In this document: positions 53,550 to 64,000 of the stretch, one piece after another
Layout: each line of letters begins with the position of its first letter
How positions within the stretch are numbered: the first letter of the stretch is position 1
The notes under the pieces: model-generated
Told to the model about the DNA's origin: nothing
Databases searched by the model: none
The model's input: only the letters and a program-made list of their open reading frames with translations
Position numbers and translations under genes: made by a program
DNA from: Candidatus Latescibacterota bacterium
Lineage (GTDB): Bacteria > Latescibacterota > UBA2968
Assembly: GCA_965204745.1 (NCBI GenBank)
Contig: OZ242010.1
Coordinates: forward strand, 1,952,001 to 2,016,000
Length of the DNA: 64,000 bases
Direction of reading: 5' to 3'

Positions 53550-53827
53550 GCGCGAATGTTGTGTCGAGGAGGTAAGAGGTGAGATGAGAGACGGGAGAAG
53601 GCCGCCCAACCCCTAGGCCCCAATGCGGTCAGCCTTACCGTCATTTTGGCGAAAGCCTACGCCTGTATGCTTAAAGCAGGAGGCGGAACCAGTGATTTTT
53701 GTTTTTTGTGGCGTGGAACTGGCGGGTTGTCTCGCTTTCACCTCTTGCCTCTTAAACCTTGACAATATTTCGCCTTCCCGTTACTTTTGCTTTCGCACAT
53801 CACAATCGCAGGCACGGATCGAGACCC

Positions 53828-55120
53828 ATGGCACAGTTGATTCAAAAAGTAAAAGGCACGCGGGATTTTTACCCCGAAGATTGGGCCTATCAGAAATGGC
53901 TTTGCGAGAAGTTTATCGGGGTGGGCAATTTGTTTGGCTATCGGGAATACGAGAGCGCGATTCTCGAATACATGGCCCTCTACTTGGGCAAGAGCAGCGA
54001 GGAAATCGTCACGCAACAGACATTTACCCTGTCCGATAGAGACGACAAACAACTCGTCATGCGGCCCGAACTCACGCCCACACTCGCGCGCATGGTCGCG
54101 CAAAAAGAAGGCGAACTCACCTTCCCCATCCGCTGGCAATCCTATGGCCGGTTCTTTCGGTACGAGCGCCCGCAGCGCGGTCGGGGGCGTTCGTTTTTCC
54201 AGTGGAACATCGACGCGCTCGGCAGCGACAGCTACTTGGCCGATGCCGAAATCATCGCCATTGCTTGCACCCTGTTCAAACACCTCGGCCTCGGCCCGGA
54301 ACACGCGACCATCCGCGTCAATGACCGGGAGGGCATGGAGGGTTTGATCGCCAAAACACTGGCCTTGTCGCCCGACGACATCCGCCCGGTTTTTGCGGCT
54401 GTCGACCGCATCGACAAAATGCCCGAGGAAAAATTTCGCGCCTATCTGACCGGTGATTTGGGCTTGTGTACGGGTCAAATTGACGCTCTGTACGACCTGC
54501 TCCACACCGCAGACCTGGGGTTCTCTCCGTGGCTTGCGCGCATTTTTGAGCACCTCGACAAAGCCGGCGTGAGCGAGTTTGTGGAACTCGACCTCAAAAT
54601 CGTGCGCGGGTTTGACTACTACACGCGCACGGTCTTTGAAGCGTGGGCGAAAACCTCGTTGCGCCGCGCACTATTTGGCGGCGGGCGGTACGACAATCTC
54701 ACCCGCCAAGTGGGGGGCAAACGCGAAATCCCGGGCGTGGGATTTGCCGTTGGCGACATGGCAATCGCGGAATTGCTAAAAGAAATTGACGCCTATCCCC
54801 GCATCGAAACCCCCAGCGCGTGCGTCTTTGTCGCGGTATTTTCAGAAGACCTGCTCGCGCAATCCTCTGCTTTTGCGGACCGCCTGCGCCGTGCCGGAAT
54901 TGCGACAGAACTGCATCTCGCACCGGGCCAGCGTCTCGACCGGCAATTCAGGTACGCGGACCGGCAAGGTATTCCCTTTGCCGCGGTGATTGGCCCAGCC
55001 GAGGCGGCTACAAGTACCGTCGTGCTCAAAGACCTCAAAAATCGCGCCCAACGGGTCTTTCCCAACGATGACCTATCCGCGATAAAAACAGCCCTGAAAA
55101 ACGGGATTCCCAAAACGTAG
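53828..55120 (+). CDS. hisS: Histidine--tRNA ligase
   Basis: KGTRDF.P, RPELTP..AR, FRYERPQ.GR.R.F.Q, VRGFDYYT, GGGRYD. Confidence 0.97.
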   Translation: MAQLIQKVKGTRDFYPEDWAYQKWLCEKFIGVGNLFGYREYESAILEYMALYLGKSSEEIVTQQTFTLSDRDDKQLVMRPELTPTLARMVAQKEGELTFPIRWQSYGRFFRYERPQRGRGRSFFQWNIDALGSDSYLADAEIIAIACTLFKHLGLGPEHATIRVNDREGMEGLIAKTLALSPDDIRPVFAAVDRIDKMPEEKFRAYLTGDLGLCTGQIDALYDLLHTADLGFSPWLARIFEHLDKAGVSEFVELDLKIVRGFDYYTRTVFEAWAKTSLRRALFGGGRYDNLTRQVGGKREIPGVGFAVGDMAIAELLKEIDAYPRIETPSACVFVAVFSEDLLAQSSAFADRLRRAGIATELHLAPGQRLDRQFRYADRQGIPFAAVIGPAEAATSTVVLKDLKNRAQRVFPNDDLSAIKTALKNGIPKT

Positions 55121-55129
55121 GAGACCGCC

Positions 55130-56905
55130 ATGCCAGAGTCGCTCGGCGATTGGAAACGCACGCACAACTGCGGCGAATTGCGTATTGAAAACGTAGGCGA
55201 GGAAGTTTGCCTGATGGGGTGGGTCGGCAAAAGGCGCGACCACGGCGGGGTGATTTTCGTGGATCTGCGCGACCGCTATGGCATCACGCAGGTGGTCTTT
55301 CGCCCGGACCTCGAAGCGGATACCCACGCCATAGCCGAGGGGATTCGCAACGAATACGTCTTGGCCGTGCAAGGCCGGGTCGAACCCCGCCCGGAGGGCA
55401 TGGCAAATCCCAACTTGCCCACCGGCGCCATTGACGTGGAATGTTCGGACCTGCGCCTGCTCAACGCATCGGACACGCCGCCCTTTGCCATTGAACCGGA
55501 CATCGAGGTCAACGAGGAACTGCGCCTGCGCTATCGCTACTTGGATTTGCGCCGCCCGGACATGCAACAGGCCCTGGCCTTGAGACACCGCGCCGCACAG
55601 GAGACGCGCCGATATTTGACCGCGCAGGGCTTTCTCGAAATCGAAACGCCCTTTCTCATGAAGAGCACACCCGAAGGCGCGCGGGATTACCTCGTGCCCT
55701 CGCGCGTGCAACGAGGCCATTTTTACGCCCTGCCCCAATCGCCGCAGACCTACAAACAGTTGCTCATGATCGCGGGCTGTGATCGCTATTTTCAAATCGT
55801 GCGCTGTTTTCGGGACGAAGACTTGCGCGGGGACCGGCAGCCCGAGTTCACGCAAATCGACATTGAAATGGCATTCGTCGCAGAAGGCGATGTGATGCGT
55901 CTTTCAGAAGGGCTTGCGCGGCACTTGTTCGCGCACGTCATCGGGGTTGACATTCCCGCGCCCGTCCCGCAAATCACCTATCGAGAGGCGATAGACCGCT
56001 TTGGCACGGACCGCCCAGACACGCGCTTTGCCCTGGAAATCGTGGATATTTCAGCCGCGGCGCACGCTTCGGAATTTCAGGTCTTCAAATCCGTGCTCGG
56101 TTCCGGGGGGCAGGTCCGCGGCATCAATGCCAAGGGATGCGCGACCTACTCGCGCAAGCAAATCGACGACCTCACGGCGTTTGTGGCACAACACGGCGCG
56201 CGCGGGCTCGCGTGGATCAAAGTGACCGACGAGGGCCTCGAATCGTCTATCGTCAAATTCTTCCCGGCTCGAGCGCGACAGCTACTCAGATCCGCACTCC
56301 ACGCACAACCTGGGGACCTGCTCTTATTCGTCGCGGATCAACCCGCAACTGTCGCGACCGCGCTGGGCAACCTGCGCTTGGAACTCGCGCGGCAACAAGA
56401 CCTGATGAAGGCCGACGATTTCAGTTTCTTGTGGGTGACGCAATTCCCGCTACTCGAATTTGACGACGGGGAAAAACGCTATGTCGCCTGCCATCATCCC
56501 TTTACGTCGCCGATGGAAGCGGATCTCCACGCGCTCGAGACGGCCCCCGGCGACGTTCGCGCACGCGCGTATGACCTCGTTCTCAACGGCAATGAGATCG
56601 CCGGCGGCAGCATCCGTATCCACCACCGGGAAACCCAAGAGCGCGTGTTTCGCATGTTGGGCATCTCGGAACGCGAAGCACGGGAAAAATTCGGCTTTTT
56701 GCTCGACGCGTTCCGCTATGGCGCGCCCCCTCATGGCGGCATCGCGTTTGGCTACGACCGCCTGATCGCCCTGATGGCGGGCAAAGCATTCATCCGAGAT
56801 GTCATTCCATTTCCCAAAACCAATACCGCGGCCTCGCTCATGGACGGGGCGCCATCCACAGCGGACCCGGCCCAACTGCGCGAACTCGGGTTGCGCGTGT
56901 TGTGA
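55130..56905 (+). CDS. aspS: Aspartate--tRNA ligase, probably non-discriminating (Asp/Asn)
   Basis: RTH.CGELR; RRDHGG (His) and RPEG, the non-discriminating-type residues; STPEGARDY; FRDEDLR.DRQPEFTQ; GAPPHGG. Confidence 0.97.
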   Translation: MPESLGDWKRTHNCGELRIENVGEEVCLMGWVGKRRDHGGVIFVDLRDRYGITQVVFRPDLEADTHAIAEGIRNEYVLAVQGRVEPRPEGMANPNLPTGAIDVECSDLRLLNASDTPPFAIEPDIEVNEELRLRYRYLDLRRPDMQQALALRHRAAQETRRYLTAQGFLEIETPFLMKSTPEGARDYLVPSRVQRGHFYALPQSPQTYKQLLMIAGCDRYFQIVRCFRDEDLRGDRQPEFTQIDIEMAFVAEGDVMRLSEGLARHLFAHVIGVDIPAPVPQITYREAIDRFGTDRPDTRFALEIVDISAAAHASEFQVFKSVLGSGGQVRGINAKGCATYSRKQIDDLTAFVAQHGARGLAWIKVTDEGLESSIVKFFPARARQLLRSALHAQPGDLLLFVADQPATVATALGNLRLELARQQDLMKADDFSFLWVTQFPLLEFDDGEKRYVACHHPFTSPMEADLHALETAPGDVRARAYDLVLNGNEIAGGSIRIHHRETQERVFRMLGISEREAREKFGFLLDAFRYGAPPHGGIAFGYDRLIALMAGKAFIRDVIPFPKTNTAASLMDGAPSTADPAQLRELGLRVL

Positions 56906-57062
56906 TCGCTTGGTGCGATAGCGTTTATCCACAAAACTTTTTCTTGACTTTCTGTATTTTATGTAGTAAGTTCTGCAAGTTGTTATGGAAAAAAATTATT
57001 TTTTGATAACTTCTAAAAATTTAACATAGTTAGTCAATATCTCACGAGGAGGGTATCGGGTT

Positions 57063-57326
57063 ATGACAATGCGTGGCATCACAAAAAAAGCGGCGGGTTG
57101 TGGTTTGGTGCTCGTGCTGTTCGCAGGATGTTGCACGCCAATGGCGTCAAGAGCACAACTCCAAATGCTCGAACAAACGCGCAGAGCCGCTGAATCAGCA
57201 GAGGCCGACCTCGAAGCCTGTAAGCAACGCCGGGCCGAGTTGGAGCGCCAGTTGGCAGAGAAAAAACAGGTCATGGCCGAGTGGCAAAATATCCTGGGCC
57301 AGTGCCAACAGGCCATGAGCCAATAA
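57063..57326 (+). CDS. Small coiled-coil lipoprotein
   Basis: RBS GAGGAGG; lipobox LFAG|C; heptad-rich body; possible promoter TTGACT-17 nt-TAAGTT at 56944-56972. Confidence 0.7.
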   Translation: MTMRGITKKAAGCGLVLVLFAGCCTPMASRAQLQMLEQTRRAAESAEADLEACKQRRAELERQLAEKKQVMAEWQNILGQCQQAMSQ

Positions 57327-57346
57327 TGTGGAAAGGAGTTGTTCGT

Positions 57347-58189
57347 ATGACAGTTTTGAAACGTTTCGGCGGGTTGATCGTCTGTTGTGCATGTGCCCTT
57401 TTCGCCTTGCCCCAGCAGGGCATTGCCCAGATGGAAATGACCTACGACGAATACAAGATGAGACTCACCGAATACGAGACGCGGATCGCAGACCTCAAAC
57501 AGTCTTTGACCGAATGCCAAATGGCGAACAAGGGGCTCTCCGACGAGATTTCGGGTTTGGATACGCAGATCAGCGACCTCAAACAGCAAGTCTATGCGCT
57601 CGTCGAATCTGACGAAGCGGGGATCGATGCCTTTATCCAAGAACTCGGTCGCGTCGAAGGTCGCCTCATGGGGTTGCGCGAGCTTTCAGAAGATGCCCTT
57701 TTCGATGTCGTAGATGAAGTTGACCAAATCGAGGCCCGCATACCCGAACTCAAAGCGGACAAGCGGTCTTGTCTCCCAGATGCACAGACCAAATTGGCCA
57801 GCATCGATCAATTGCTCGAACAGGTTAAAGCGCGCATGCCGCGCAAGCGCATTCGGCAATACTCGGTCCTCAGTGGGGATAGCCTTTGGAGAATCGCCAA
57901 GAAGGACGACATTTACGGCGACCCCTATCACTGGCCTCGCATCTACGTTGAAAACCGAGAGAAAATCAAGAACCCCGATATGATTTATCCCCAATGGGTT
58001 CTCAACATCCCCTTTGGCGTGGATCTGCACCAGCATTTGGTGATGCGCGGCGAACACCTCTCGTCCATTGCCGGCAAGGTGTATGACGATGTCACCAAAT
58101 GGAATCGGATCTATCAGGCCAACAAATCGCAAATTCTGGATCCCAGCCTGATTTTCCCGGCTCAGGTTCTCGACGTTCCCTCAAACTGA
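57347..58189 (+). CDS. Exported coiled-coil protein with two LysM domains
   Basis: Signal peptide; YSVLSGDSLWRIA...IY....WPRIY..N...I.NPD.IYP; second LysM GEHLSSIA..VY...W..IY.AN. Confidence 0.88.
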   Translation: MTVLKRFGGLIVCCACALFALPQQGIAQMEMTYDEYKMRLTEYETRIADLKQSLTECQMANKGLSDEISGLDTQISDLKQQVYALVESDEAGIDAFIQELGRVEGRLMGLRELSEDALFDVVDEVDQIEARIPELKADKRSCLPDAQTKLASIDQLLEQVKARMPRKRIRQYSVLSGDSLWRIAKKDDIYGDPYHWPRIYVENREKIKNPDMIYPQWVLNIPFGVDLHQHLVMRGEHLSSIAGKVYDDVTKWNRIYQANKSQILDPSLIFPAQVLDVPSN

Positions 58190-58315
58190 CCTCACCCTTT
58201 TCGATCCCAGAATTTTGGATCTTTCATAAGTTCCATGGAAGGTTCATCTATCAACCTCTAAATATGAGCTCTCGTTCCCGCAGTCCGTTTGGGAACGAGA
58301 GTTTTCTTTTATCAA

Positions 58316-59293
58316 GTGGAAACCAAAGAACTCACCCATAAATTGTCTTTGCGCGGCGTGGATTTGCTGTCCCTCTACGGTCACAACGACGCGAATTTGC
58401 TCGCCCTTGAAAACCGCTATGGCGTGCATTTGCTCGCACGGGGCGATTACCTCAATGTGCAAGGCCCTCGCCACAAAGTTCAGCACGTCTCCGGGCTGTT
58501 GGAGGAAATGATTTCATGCCTCCGGCGCGGGGATCAGTTCGACCCTTTGCACTTGCTCGCGCCGCCACGGGAAACCCACGAGTCCGAAATTGGCGACTAC
58601 GCGAGAACCATTCTCGCCACGCCTAAAATCCTCATTCGGCCCCGGTCGCAAACGCAGGTCGCCTACGCCGCAGCTATCGAAAACCACGACATCGTCTTTG
58701 GCATTGGGCCGGCCGGCACGGGCAAAACCTATCTGGCAGTCGCCGCAGCGGTTGCCGCACTCAAAAGCAAACGCATTTCCCGCATCATCCTCACGCGCCC
58801 GGCCGTAGAAGCCGGCGAAACCCTGGGGTTTCTGCCGGGGGATATTCAGGACAAAGTCGATCCCTACTTGCGCCCGCTCTACGACGCCCTGCGCGACATG
58901 TTGCCGGATACGCAGTTGCAACATCTGATGGAAATGCACACCCTCGAAATCGCGCCGCTCGCATTTATGCGGGGCCGCACCCTGAACAACGCCTTTGTCA
59001 TTTTGGACGAGGCCCAGAATACCACCATCAACCAGATGAAGATGTTTCTCACCCGGTTGGGCAACGATGCCAAGGCCGTGATTACGGGCGATATCACGCA
59101 AATCGACCTGCCGCCGGGCATTGCGTCTGGGCTCGTGCATGTGCAACACATCTTGTCCCATATCGAAGCCATTAAATTCGTCACTTTTTCAGAGCGCGAT
59201 GTCGTGCGGCACGCCTTGGTGCAACAGATCATAACGGCTTACGAGCAGAGCGAACCCCGCCATGAACCCGATGCCGATGAGGCAGAGCCATGA
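58316..59293 (+). CDS. phoH: PhoH-family ATPase
   Basis: [49 protein letters not shown]. Confidence 0.95.
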   Translation: METKELTHKLSLRGVDLLSLYGHNDANLLALENRYGVHLLARGDYLNVQGPRHKVQHVSGLLEEMISCLRRGDQFDPLHLLAPPRETHESEIGDYARTILATPKILIRPRSQTQVAYAAAIENHDIVFGIGPAGTGKTYLAVAAAVAALKSKRISRIILTRPAVEAGETLGFLPGDIQDKVDPYLRPLYDALRDMLPDTQLQHLMEMHTLEIAPLAFMRGRTLNNAFVILDEAQNTTINQMKMFLTRLGNDAKAVITGDITQIDLPPGIASGLVHVQHILSHIEAIKFVTFSERDVVRHALVQQIITAYEQSEPRHEPDADEAEP

Positions 59294-61533
59294 TGGTTTT
59301 TAGAAGACGGAGACGCAACCGCAAGCGTCAGCCGATCCGGTGGAAACAGCGCGGGCGACAAGTCCTCCGCGTGGCATTGGTGTTCGCCCTCTTGGGGGTG
59401 CTGACCGTCTTGTTTCCCACGCAACAGCAGCACGAATACAGCGCGTTCCGCGAAGGGGCGATTGCGCCGGACGAAGTCATCGCCCCCACGACATTCCCGG
59501 TGCATAAAAGCGCGGCAACATACCAAAGCGAAGTGGAAACGGCCCGCCGCCAGGTTTTGCCGATCTTGCGATACGACGACGCGGTGCAGCAGAACATGCA
59601 GAAGGCCCTATCGACATTTTTGCGCGACACGGAAAAACACCGGGGCCAAACCCTGACCGATTCGCTCTCAAACGCGTTGCACCTTTCGCATCCGGAGATC
59701 GGCCCTCTGTCGGAATCCACCTTGCAATTTCTCGTGCCGCAGTCCCGCCGCCGGTCGCCCGCGCGCCGCAAGTTGATCGCCACAGTCGATAGCATGCTTC
59801 AAAGCACGTACCAAAACGGGGTGATCGACCAAAAACTCACTATTGCCGAAGAGGGCTACGACGAGGTTATCCTGCTGAAAAACAAAGCCGACCAGCGCGT
59901 CGTTCTCGAAACAGTCGTGGATATGGAAAGCGTGACCTCTGCCCTTCAACAGACCATTGAACAACACTTGCCAGATGCCGGGGATACCGAACTGCGCGCG
60001 GGCAGCGAACTGGTCTTGGCGTACTTGGCCCCCAACATCGTCTATGACGTCGACGAAACCCAGAAGCGCGGGCAGGACGCCGCAGACCATATCTCCCTCG
60101 CCAAGGGCACTGTGCTCCAAGGCGAGCGCATTATCGACAAGCACGACCGTGTGACCGCTGACCACATCGACAAACTCAGGTCATTGGCCGAACAACTCGA
60201 TCAACGCCGCGGCGAAGACCCATTCGTCAACCTGATCCAACGCGGCGCGAGCTTGGTGCTTTGCGCCTTGGTGCTGACGACGTTTTTTGTGTTTCTAAAA
60301 TTTTACCGCCCCACGCTGTACGGCCCGTCCAAGAACATCGTCCTGTTCGGCATTCTCATTTTGTTCCCCACTGCCATCGCCGATTACGCGGCCCAAAGCC
60401 AAGCCATCTCCCCGTTTCTCGTTCCGGTCGCGCTGTCGGCCATGCTGGCAACCGTGCTGTTCGACGCTGTCGTGGGCATGGTGATCACCCTGGTCATTAC
60501 CACGCTTTGCGCCAGCATTTTGGGCGATCTCCAATACGGGATCGTGTTTCTCATCACCGGGATTATCGGCGCGTTTTCGGTTCACCAAGTGCGGCATCGC
60601 AGGGATTTTTACCTGCCCGGCCTGTATCTCATCGCAACCTATACCCTGACCATTAGCGCGGCGGTCGGCCTGCGTTTCACCTATGCCAACACCGCCGAGT
60701 TTTGGTCGGAAATCAGTTGGCATCTGCTTTGGGGGGGCGTCTCTGCCTTTGTTTCTCTCATCCTGACTATCGGCTTGTTGCCCCTGTTCGAGAGCGTTTT
60801 CAACATCGTCACGTCCATAACCTTGCTCGAGTTGGCGGACCTCAACCGGCCGTTGCTCCGCAATTTAGCCATTCGCGCGCCCGGCACGTTTAGCCACAGC
60901 ATCAACATGGCGAACATCTCGGAATCCGCGGCCACGGCCATCGGCGCGGACCCCCTGTTTGTGCGCGTGGGGTGCTATTATCACGACATTGGCAAAATGC
61001 GCCGCCCGCATTATTTTATCGAAAACCAGCAGGGCATCAATCCCCACGATGGGTTGCAGCCGCGCATCAGCGCGCTCATTCTCATGGCGCACGTCAAGGA
61101 TGGCATCGAATTGGCAAAAGAGGAAGGGTTGCCCACGGCGATCATCGATCTCATCCCACAGCACCACGGGACTTCGGAGATGACTTCGTTCAAGCATCAG
61201 GCGCAACTGATGGGAGATCGAGCGGTGCGGGATGCGGACTTTCACTATCCCGGCCCCAGGCCGCAGACCAAAGAAGCGGGCATTATCAACCTCGCAGACG
61301 CGGTTGAATCCGCCACGCGGTCTTTGCCCAACAGCGACCCAAACGAGATCGGAAAGCTCGTTCAAACCATCGTCAAAGGCCGGTACGACGCCGGGGAATT
61401 GGACGAGTGCGATCTCACCTTGCGCGACCTGACCCGAATCCAAGAAGCCTTTTTGCCGGTATTGCGGGCTTCGCAGCACCAGCGCGTGCCCTACCCGTGG
61501 CAGACGCAACAACGAGAACGCACAACCCGATGA
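59290..61533 (+). CDS. 7TM-HD (PgpH-like) phosphohydrolase
   Basis: Extracytoplasmic domain, about 7 TM, APGTFSHS, YYHDIGK, YFIENQ, HHGT, YPGPRP, LADAVE. Confidence 0.92.
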   Translation: MMVFRRRRRNRKRQPIRWKQRGRQVLRVALVFALLGVLTVLFPTQQQHEYSAFREGAIAPDEVIAPTTFPVHKSAATYQSEVETARRQVLPILRYDDAVQQNMQKALSTFLRDTEKHRGQTLTDSLSNALHLSHPEIGPLSESTLQFLVPQSRRRSPARRKLIATVDSMLQSTYQNGVIDQKLTIAEEGYDEVILLKNKADQRVVLETVVDMESVTSALQQTIEQHLPDAGDTELRAGSELVLAYLAPNIVYDVDETQKRGQDAADHISLAKGTVLQGERIIDKHDRVTADHIDKLRSLAEQLDQRRGEDPFVNLIQRGASLVLCALVLTTFFVFLKFYRPTLYGPSKNIVLFGILILFPTAIADYAAQSQAISPFLVPVALSAMLATVLFDAVVGMVITLVITTLCASILGDLQYGIVFLITGIIGAFSVHQVRHRRDFYLPGLYLIATYTLTISAAVGLRFTYANTAEFWSEISWHLLWGGVSAFVSLILTIGLLPLFESVFNIVTSITLLELADLNRPLLRNLAIRAPGTFSHSINMANISESAATAIGADPLFVRVGCYYHDIGKMRRPHYFIENQQGINPHDGLQPRISALILMAHVKDGIELAKEEGLPTAIIDLIPQHHGTSEMTSFKHQAQLMGDRAVRDADFHYPGPRPQTKEAGIINLADAVESATRSLPNSDPNEIGKLVQTIVKGRYDAGELDECDLTLRDLTRIQEAFLPVLRASQHQRVPYPWQTQQRERTTR

Positions 61534-61955
61534 GCACACTTGAAATGACGACTTTGGTCGATGTCCCGGATCTGGATATCCCGCGCATAGAAGCGGTGGT
61601 GAACCAACTCTTGTCGGACAAGGGCGTGCGCACGCCGGTGTCTTGCGTGCTGACGTGCGACGCGCATATCCGACAACTCAACAACCAGTATCGCAACGCG
61701 GACCAACCCACTGACGTGCTTTCCTTCGACCTTTCAGACGCGGTGCATCCCGAAGCCCAGTGTTGTGGGGAACTCTACATTTCAGTCGAGCGCGCACGCC
61801 ACCAGGCCGCCATGCACAACCGCTCCCCGCAAACGGAGATCACCCACCTGACCCTGCACGGCGCCCTGCATTTGCTCGGCTTTGAACACGATACCCAAGC
61901 GGGCTACGCGCAAATGCGCCGCGAAGAAGAGAAATATTTGGCTTTGATGGGGTGA
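61530..61955 (+). CDS. ybeY: rRNA maturation endoribonuclease
   Basis: LNNQYR..D.PTDVLSF, GELYIS, HGALHLLGFEH. Confidence 0.94.
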   Translation: MSTLEMTTLVDVPDLDIPRIEAVVNQLLSDKGVRTPVSCVLTCDAHIRQLNNQYRNADQPTDVLSFDLSDAVHPEAQCCGELYISVERARHQAAMHNRSPQTEITHLTLHGALHLLGFEHDTQAGYAQMRREEEKYLALMG

Positions 61956-62080
61956 GAAAAGCACAAAAAGGAATGGGCGAGCCATCCGCTTGCCGTCACT
62001 CTGGCGCACGCGCAAGCGGCCGTAGCCAACGCCGGAGTCCCGCCCGTAAATTCGCTTCCCGCGAAAGGAGTGTGATTTTT

Positions 62081-63382
62081 TTGGATGAAGCAATTTTCAC
62101 GACCATCGCTGCTCTCGTCCTGACAGCGGCTTTTTCGAGGCTCGGCTCAATTGGTATCTCGCGCACGGCCCTCGAGCGCATGTACGAAGAAAAAATACCA
62201 CGCGCAGGACTTTACCTGTGGCTTTATCGGTCGCGCGATTTTGTGTCACAGATGGTTTTGCTCGGTCAGACCATCGCCATATCCATAGGTGCTCTCGCGC
62301 TGTTGTCCCTGTTTTTTGAATCCCCGGGGTTCTGGCAGTACCTCGGCGCGGTGTGGTTCGTCGCGCTCTACGTCTTTCTCGCGCTGTTCATCCGCAGCAT
62401 CGTTCCCCCCTACCGCAGGGAAGAAGGTTCAGACCGTCCCCTGCCCCTTTTGCCGATCTGTTTCCTGCCCGTGTACGCCATCCTCGTGTTGCCCACGCTC
62501 TTGTTGCAAAAGGCGCAAACCGCGTTTGTGAGCGAAGACGACAACCGCACATTGAAAGAAGAGGAATTGCGAAACATCGTGGAATTGGAAACGGAAGAGG
62601 GCACCATCGAAGCAGAAGAACGCGAGATGATCGAGAGCATCTTCGACTTTGGCGAAACCACTGTCAAGGAAGTGATGATCCCGCGCATCGACATGATTTC
62701 CGCCGAGATAACCGCCACGCCTCAAGAACTCCTCGAGTTGATCCGACAATCATGGCATTCGCGCATCCCGATTTACGAAGAGCGCATCGACAACATCAAG
62801 GGCGTGGTGTATGTCAAAGATATTTTGCTCAATCTGGCGACCAATCAGACGTGGTCCATTCCACAGGTCATGCGCGCGCCTTATTTTGTGCCCGAGACCA
62901 AAACACTCGACGATTTGATGGCGGAGTTGAAGCGCGAGAAGGTACACATGGCGATTGTCGTCGGGGAATACGGCGGCACGTCTGGCCTGATTACGATGGA
63001 AGACATCATCGAGGAGATCGTCGGCGAGATTCAAGACGAATACGACGATGAGGAACCGCTTTTTGAATGGCGCGACGAGGGCGAGGTCCTCATCGCAGAT
63101 GCGCGCATTGACATCGAAGACCTCAATGACGTGCTCCAGGTCGAACTGCCACAAGAGGGGTACGAAACCCTCGGCGGGTTCATCTTCAACGCACTCGGAC
63201 ACGTCCCCGAGGCCGGGGAAAATTTGGAATACGGCCATCTGGTGATCGAAATCCTCGAAGTCGTGGGGCAGCGCATCACGCGGGTCAAAATTTCCAAACT
63301 CGGCGATCCCTCACCGGGCAGGGCAGATAGCAGCACAACGGAGGCAGAGATGCCCCCACAGAATGACAAAGGAGAAAAATAA
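62081..63382 (+). CDS. CNNM/CorC-HlyC (hemolysin-like CBS) membrane protein
   Basis: N-terminal TMs, VKEVMIPR, HSRIP.Y, HMAIVV.EYGG.SGL.TMEDIIEEIVGEI.DEYD, ETLGGF. Confidence 0.9.
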   Translation: MDEAIFTTIAALVLTAAFSRLGSIGISRTALERMYEEKIPRAGLYLWLYRSRDFVSQMVLLGQTIAISIGALALLSLFFESPGFWQYLGAVWFVALYVFLALFIRSIVPPYRREEGSDRPLPLLPICFLPVYAILVLPTLLLQKAQTAFVSEDDNRTLKEEELRNIVELETEEGTIEAEEREMIESIFDFGETTVKEVMIPRIDMISAEITATPQELLELIRQSWHSRIPIYEERIDNIKGVVYVKDILLNLATNQTWSIPQVMRAPYFVPETKTLDDLMAELKREKVHMAIVVGEYGGTSGLITMEDIIEEIVGEIQDEYDDEEPLFEWRDEGEVLIADARIDIEDLNDVLQVELPQEGYETLGGFIFNALGHVPEAGENLEYGHLVIEILEVVGQRITRVKISKLGDPSPGRADSSTTEAEMPPQNDKGEK

Positions 63383-63437
63383 CTTGACAAATGTCCAAAA
63401 ATTCGGTTTTTTGTGTTTCAACACTTGGACATGTGGT

Positions 63438-63514
<77 letters not shown>

Positions 63515-63521
63515 AGAAAAT

Positions 63522-63559
63522 AGGGGGACCGATATTTTCGGTCCCCCTTTCTTTTTTTT
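63522..63559. terminator. Intrinsic terminator after the tRNA
   Basis: AGGGGGACCGA-tatt-TTCGGTCCCCCT-TTCTTTTTTTT. Confidence 0.8.
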
Positions 63560-63694
63560 GGGGCACGGGCCTACACTGAAACGCTTTAATCAGGGGGCAC
63601 CGCCTCTACCTTCTTGTATCTTTGGGCGAGCACAGGAGCATCGCCCCTACGTTTCTATCCTCGCCTCTTGCCTCTCCCCTCTCCCCTCTCCCCA

Positions 63695-64000
63695 TCAATA
63701 AAACACATGCAGTTGCAGGGCGTAGCGCGATGAGCGGAAGGTCTCGGTGTCGAGGATGCGGTATTCGGGCCGCAACTCGATTTGCGGGGTCAAAAACATC
63801 TGTATGCCGAACACGGCTTGTCGCGTGGTCAGCTCTGTGGCGCGGACCGTTGCGCCGCGTTCTCCTCGTGCGAAGAAGAGCAAGCCGGGCCGCGCTTGAA
63901 ACGAGACATCGAGAGACGCGGTTTTTGTCTCGCGCAGGTCATCCTTATCGGCGAGGGCGTATTCGACCATGACCGCGAGCATGTCCTGTATGCCCATCCC
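63695..64000 (-). CDS. C-terminus of a probable outer-membrane beta-barrel protein (5' part outside the window)
   Basis: Alternating amphipathic strands ending YALQLHVFY (aromatic C-terminal residue). Confidence 0.6.
   Translation of the reverse strand, partial: GMGIQDMLAVMVEYALADKDDLRETKTASLDVSFQARPGLLFFARGERGATVRATELTTRQAVFGIQMFLTPQIELRPEYRILDTETFRSSRYALQLHVFY

Noticed and set aside
57019-57046. Possible dif site (ATTTAACATAG resembles a XerD arm) near the skew change
   Set aside because: The XerC arm matches poorly and the inner palindrome is absent; it lies in an AT-rich promoter region where chance matches are likely.

Overview
Bacterial chromosomal window of fairly high GC. The UBact-proteasome operon and secreted proteins with FlgD/T9SS-type C-terminal domains suggest an FCB-related Gram-negative lineage such as Latescibacterota, Handelsmanbacteria or Gemmatimonadota (inference). 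Left to right: a partial TPR gene; ispE-rplY-pth-hppA-rpsF-rpsR-rplI; an FGE gene; a bifunctional nuclease gene; two tandem coiled-coil paralogs; an intact-looking IS5-family element; two giant secreted cohesin/dockerin/Ig-repeat proteins behind a perfect sigma70 promoter (the first is frameshifted); a complete arc-dop-ubact-prcB-prcA-pafA operon ending in a (GGTGAGA)32 array; a GAF-protein islet; DUF1854, ABC transporter and isochorismatase genes; and an IS607 element whose TnpB has the Fanzor-like rearranged active site and which interrupts a CBS gene. The best candidate for an undescribed system is a 14-kb co-oriented cluster at 38.8-52.7 kb. It encodes a Zn-ribbon/propeller protein, a membrane vWA protein, a lipobox trypsin protease, a large tubulin/FtsZ-like protein, a Zn-ribbon/Ig/Hsp70 protein, a membrane-anchored GrpE, a ZorA/MotA-like protein and a hidden 55-aa MotB/ZorB-like peptide. 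The window ends with phyH, hisS-aspS, a lipoprotein-LysM pair, phoH-HD-ybeY-CNNM and tRNA-fMet, in a block with opposite G/C skew. Intergenic regions carry several MITE, palindrome and heptamer repeat families. All calls come from motif reading by eye; no database searches were run.
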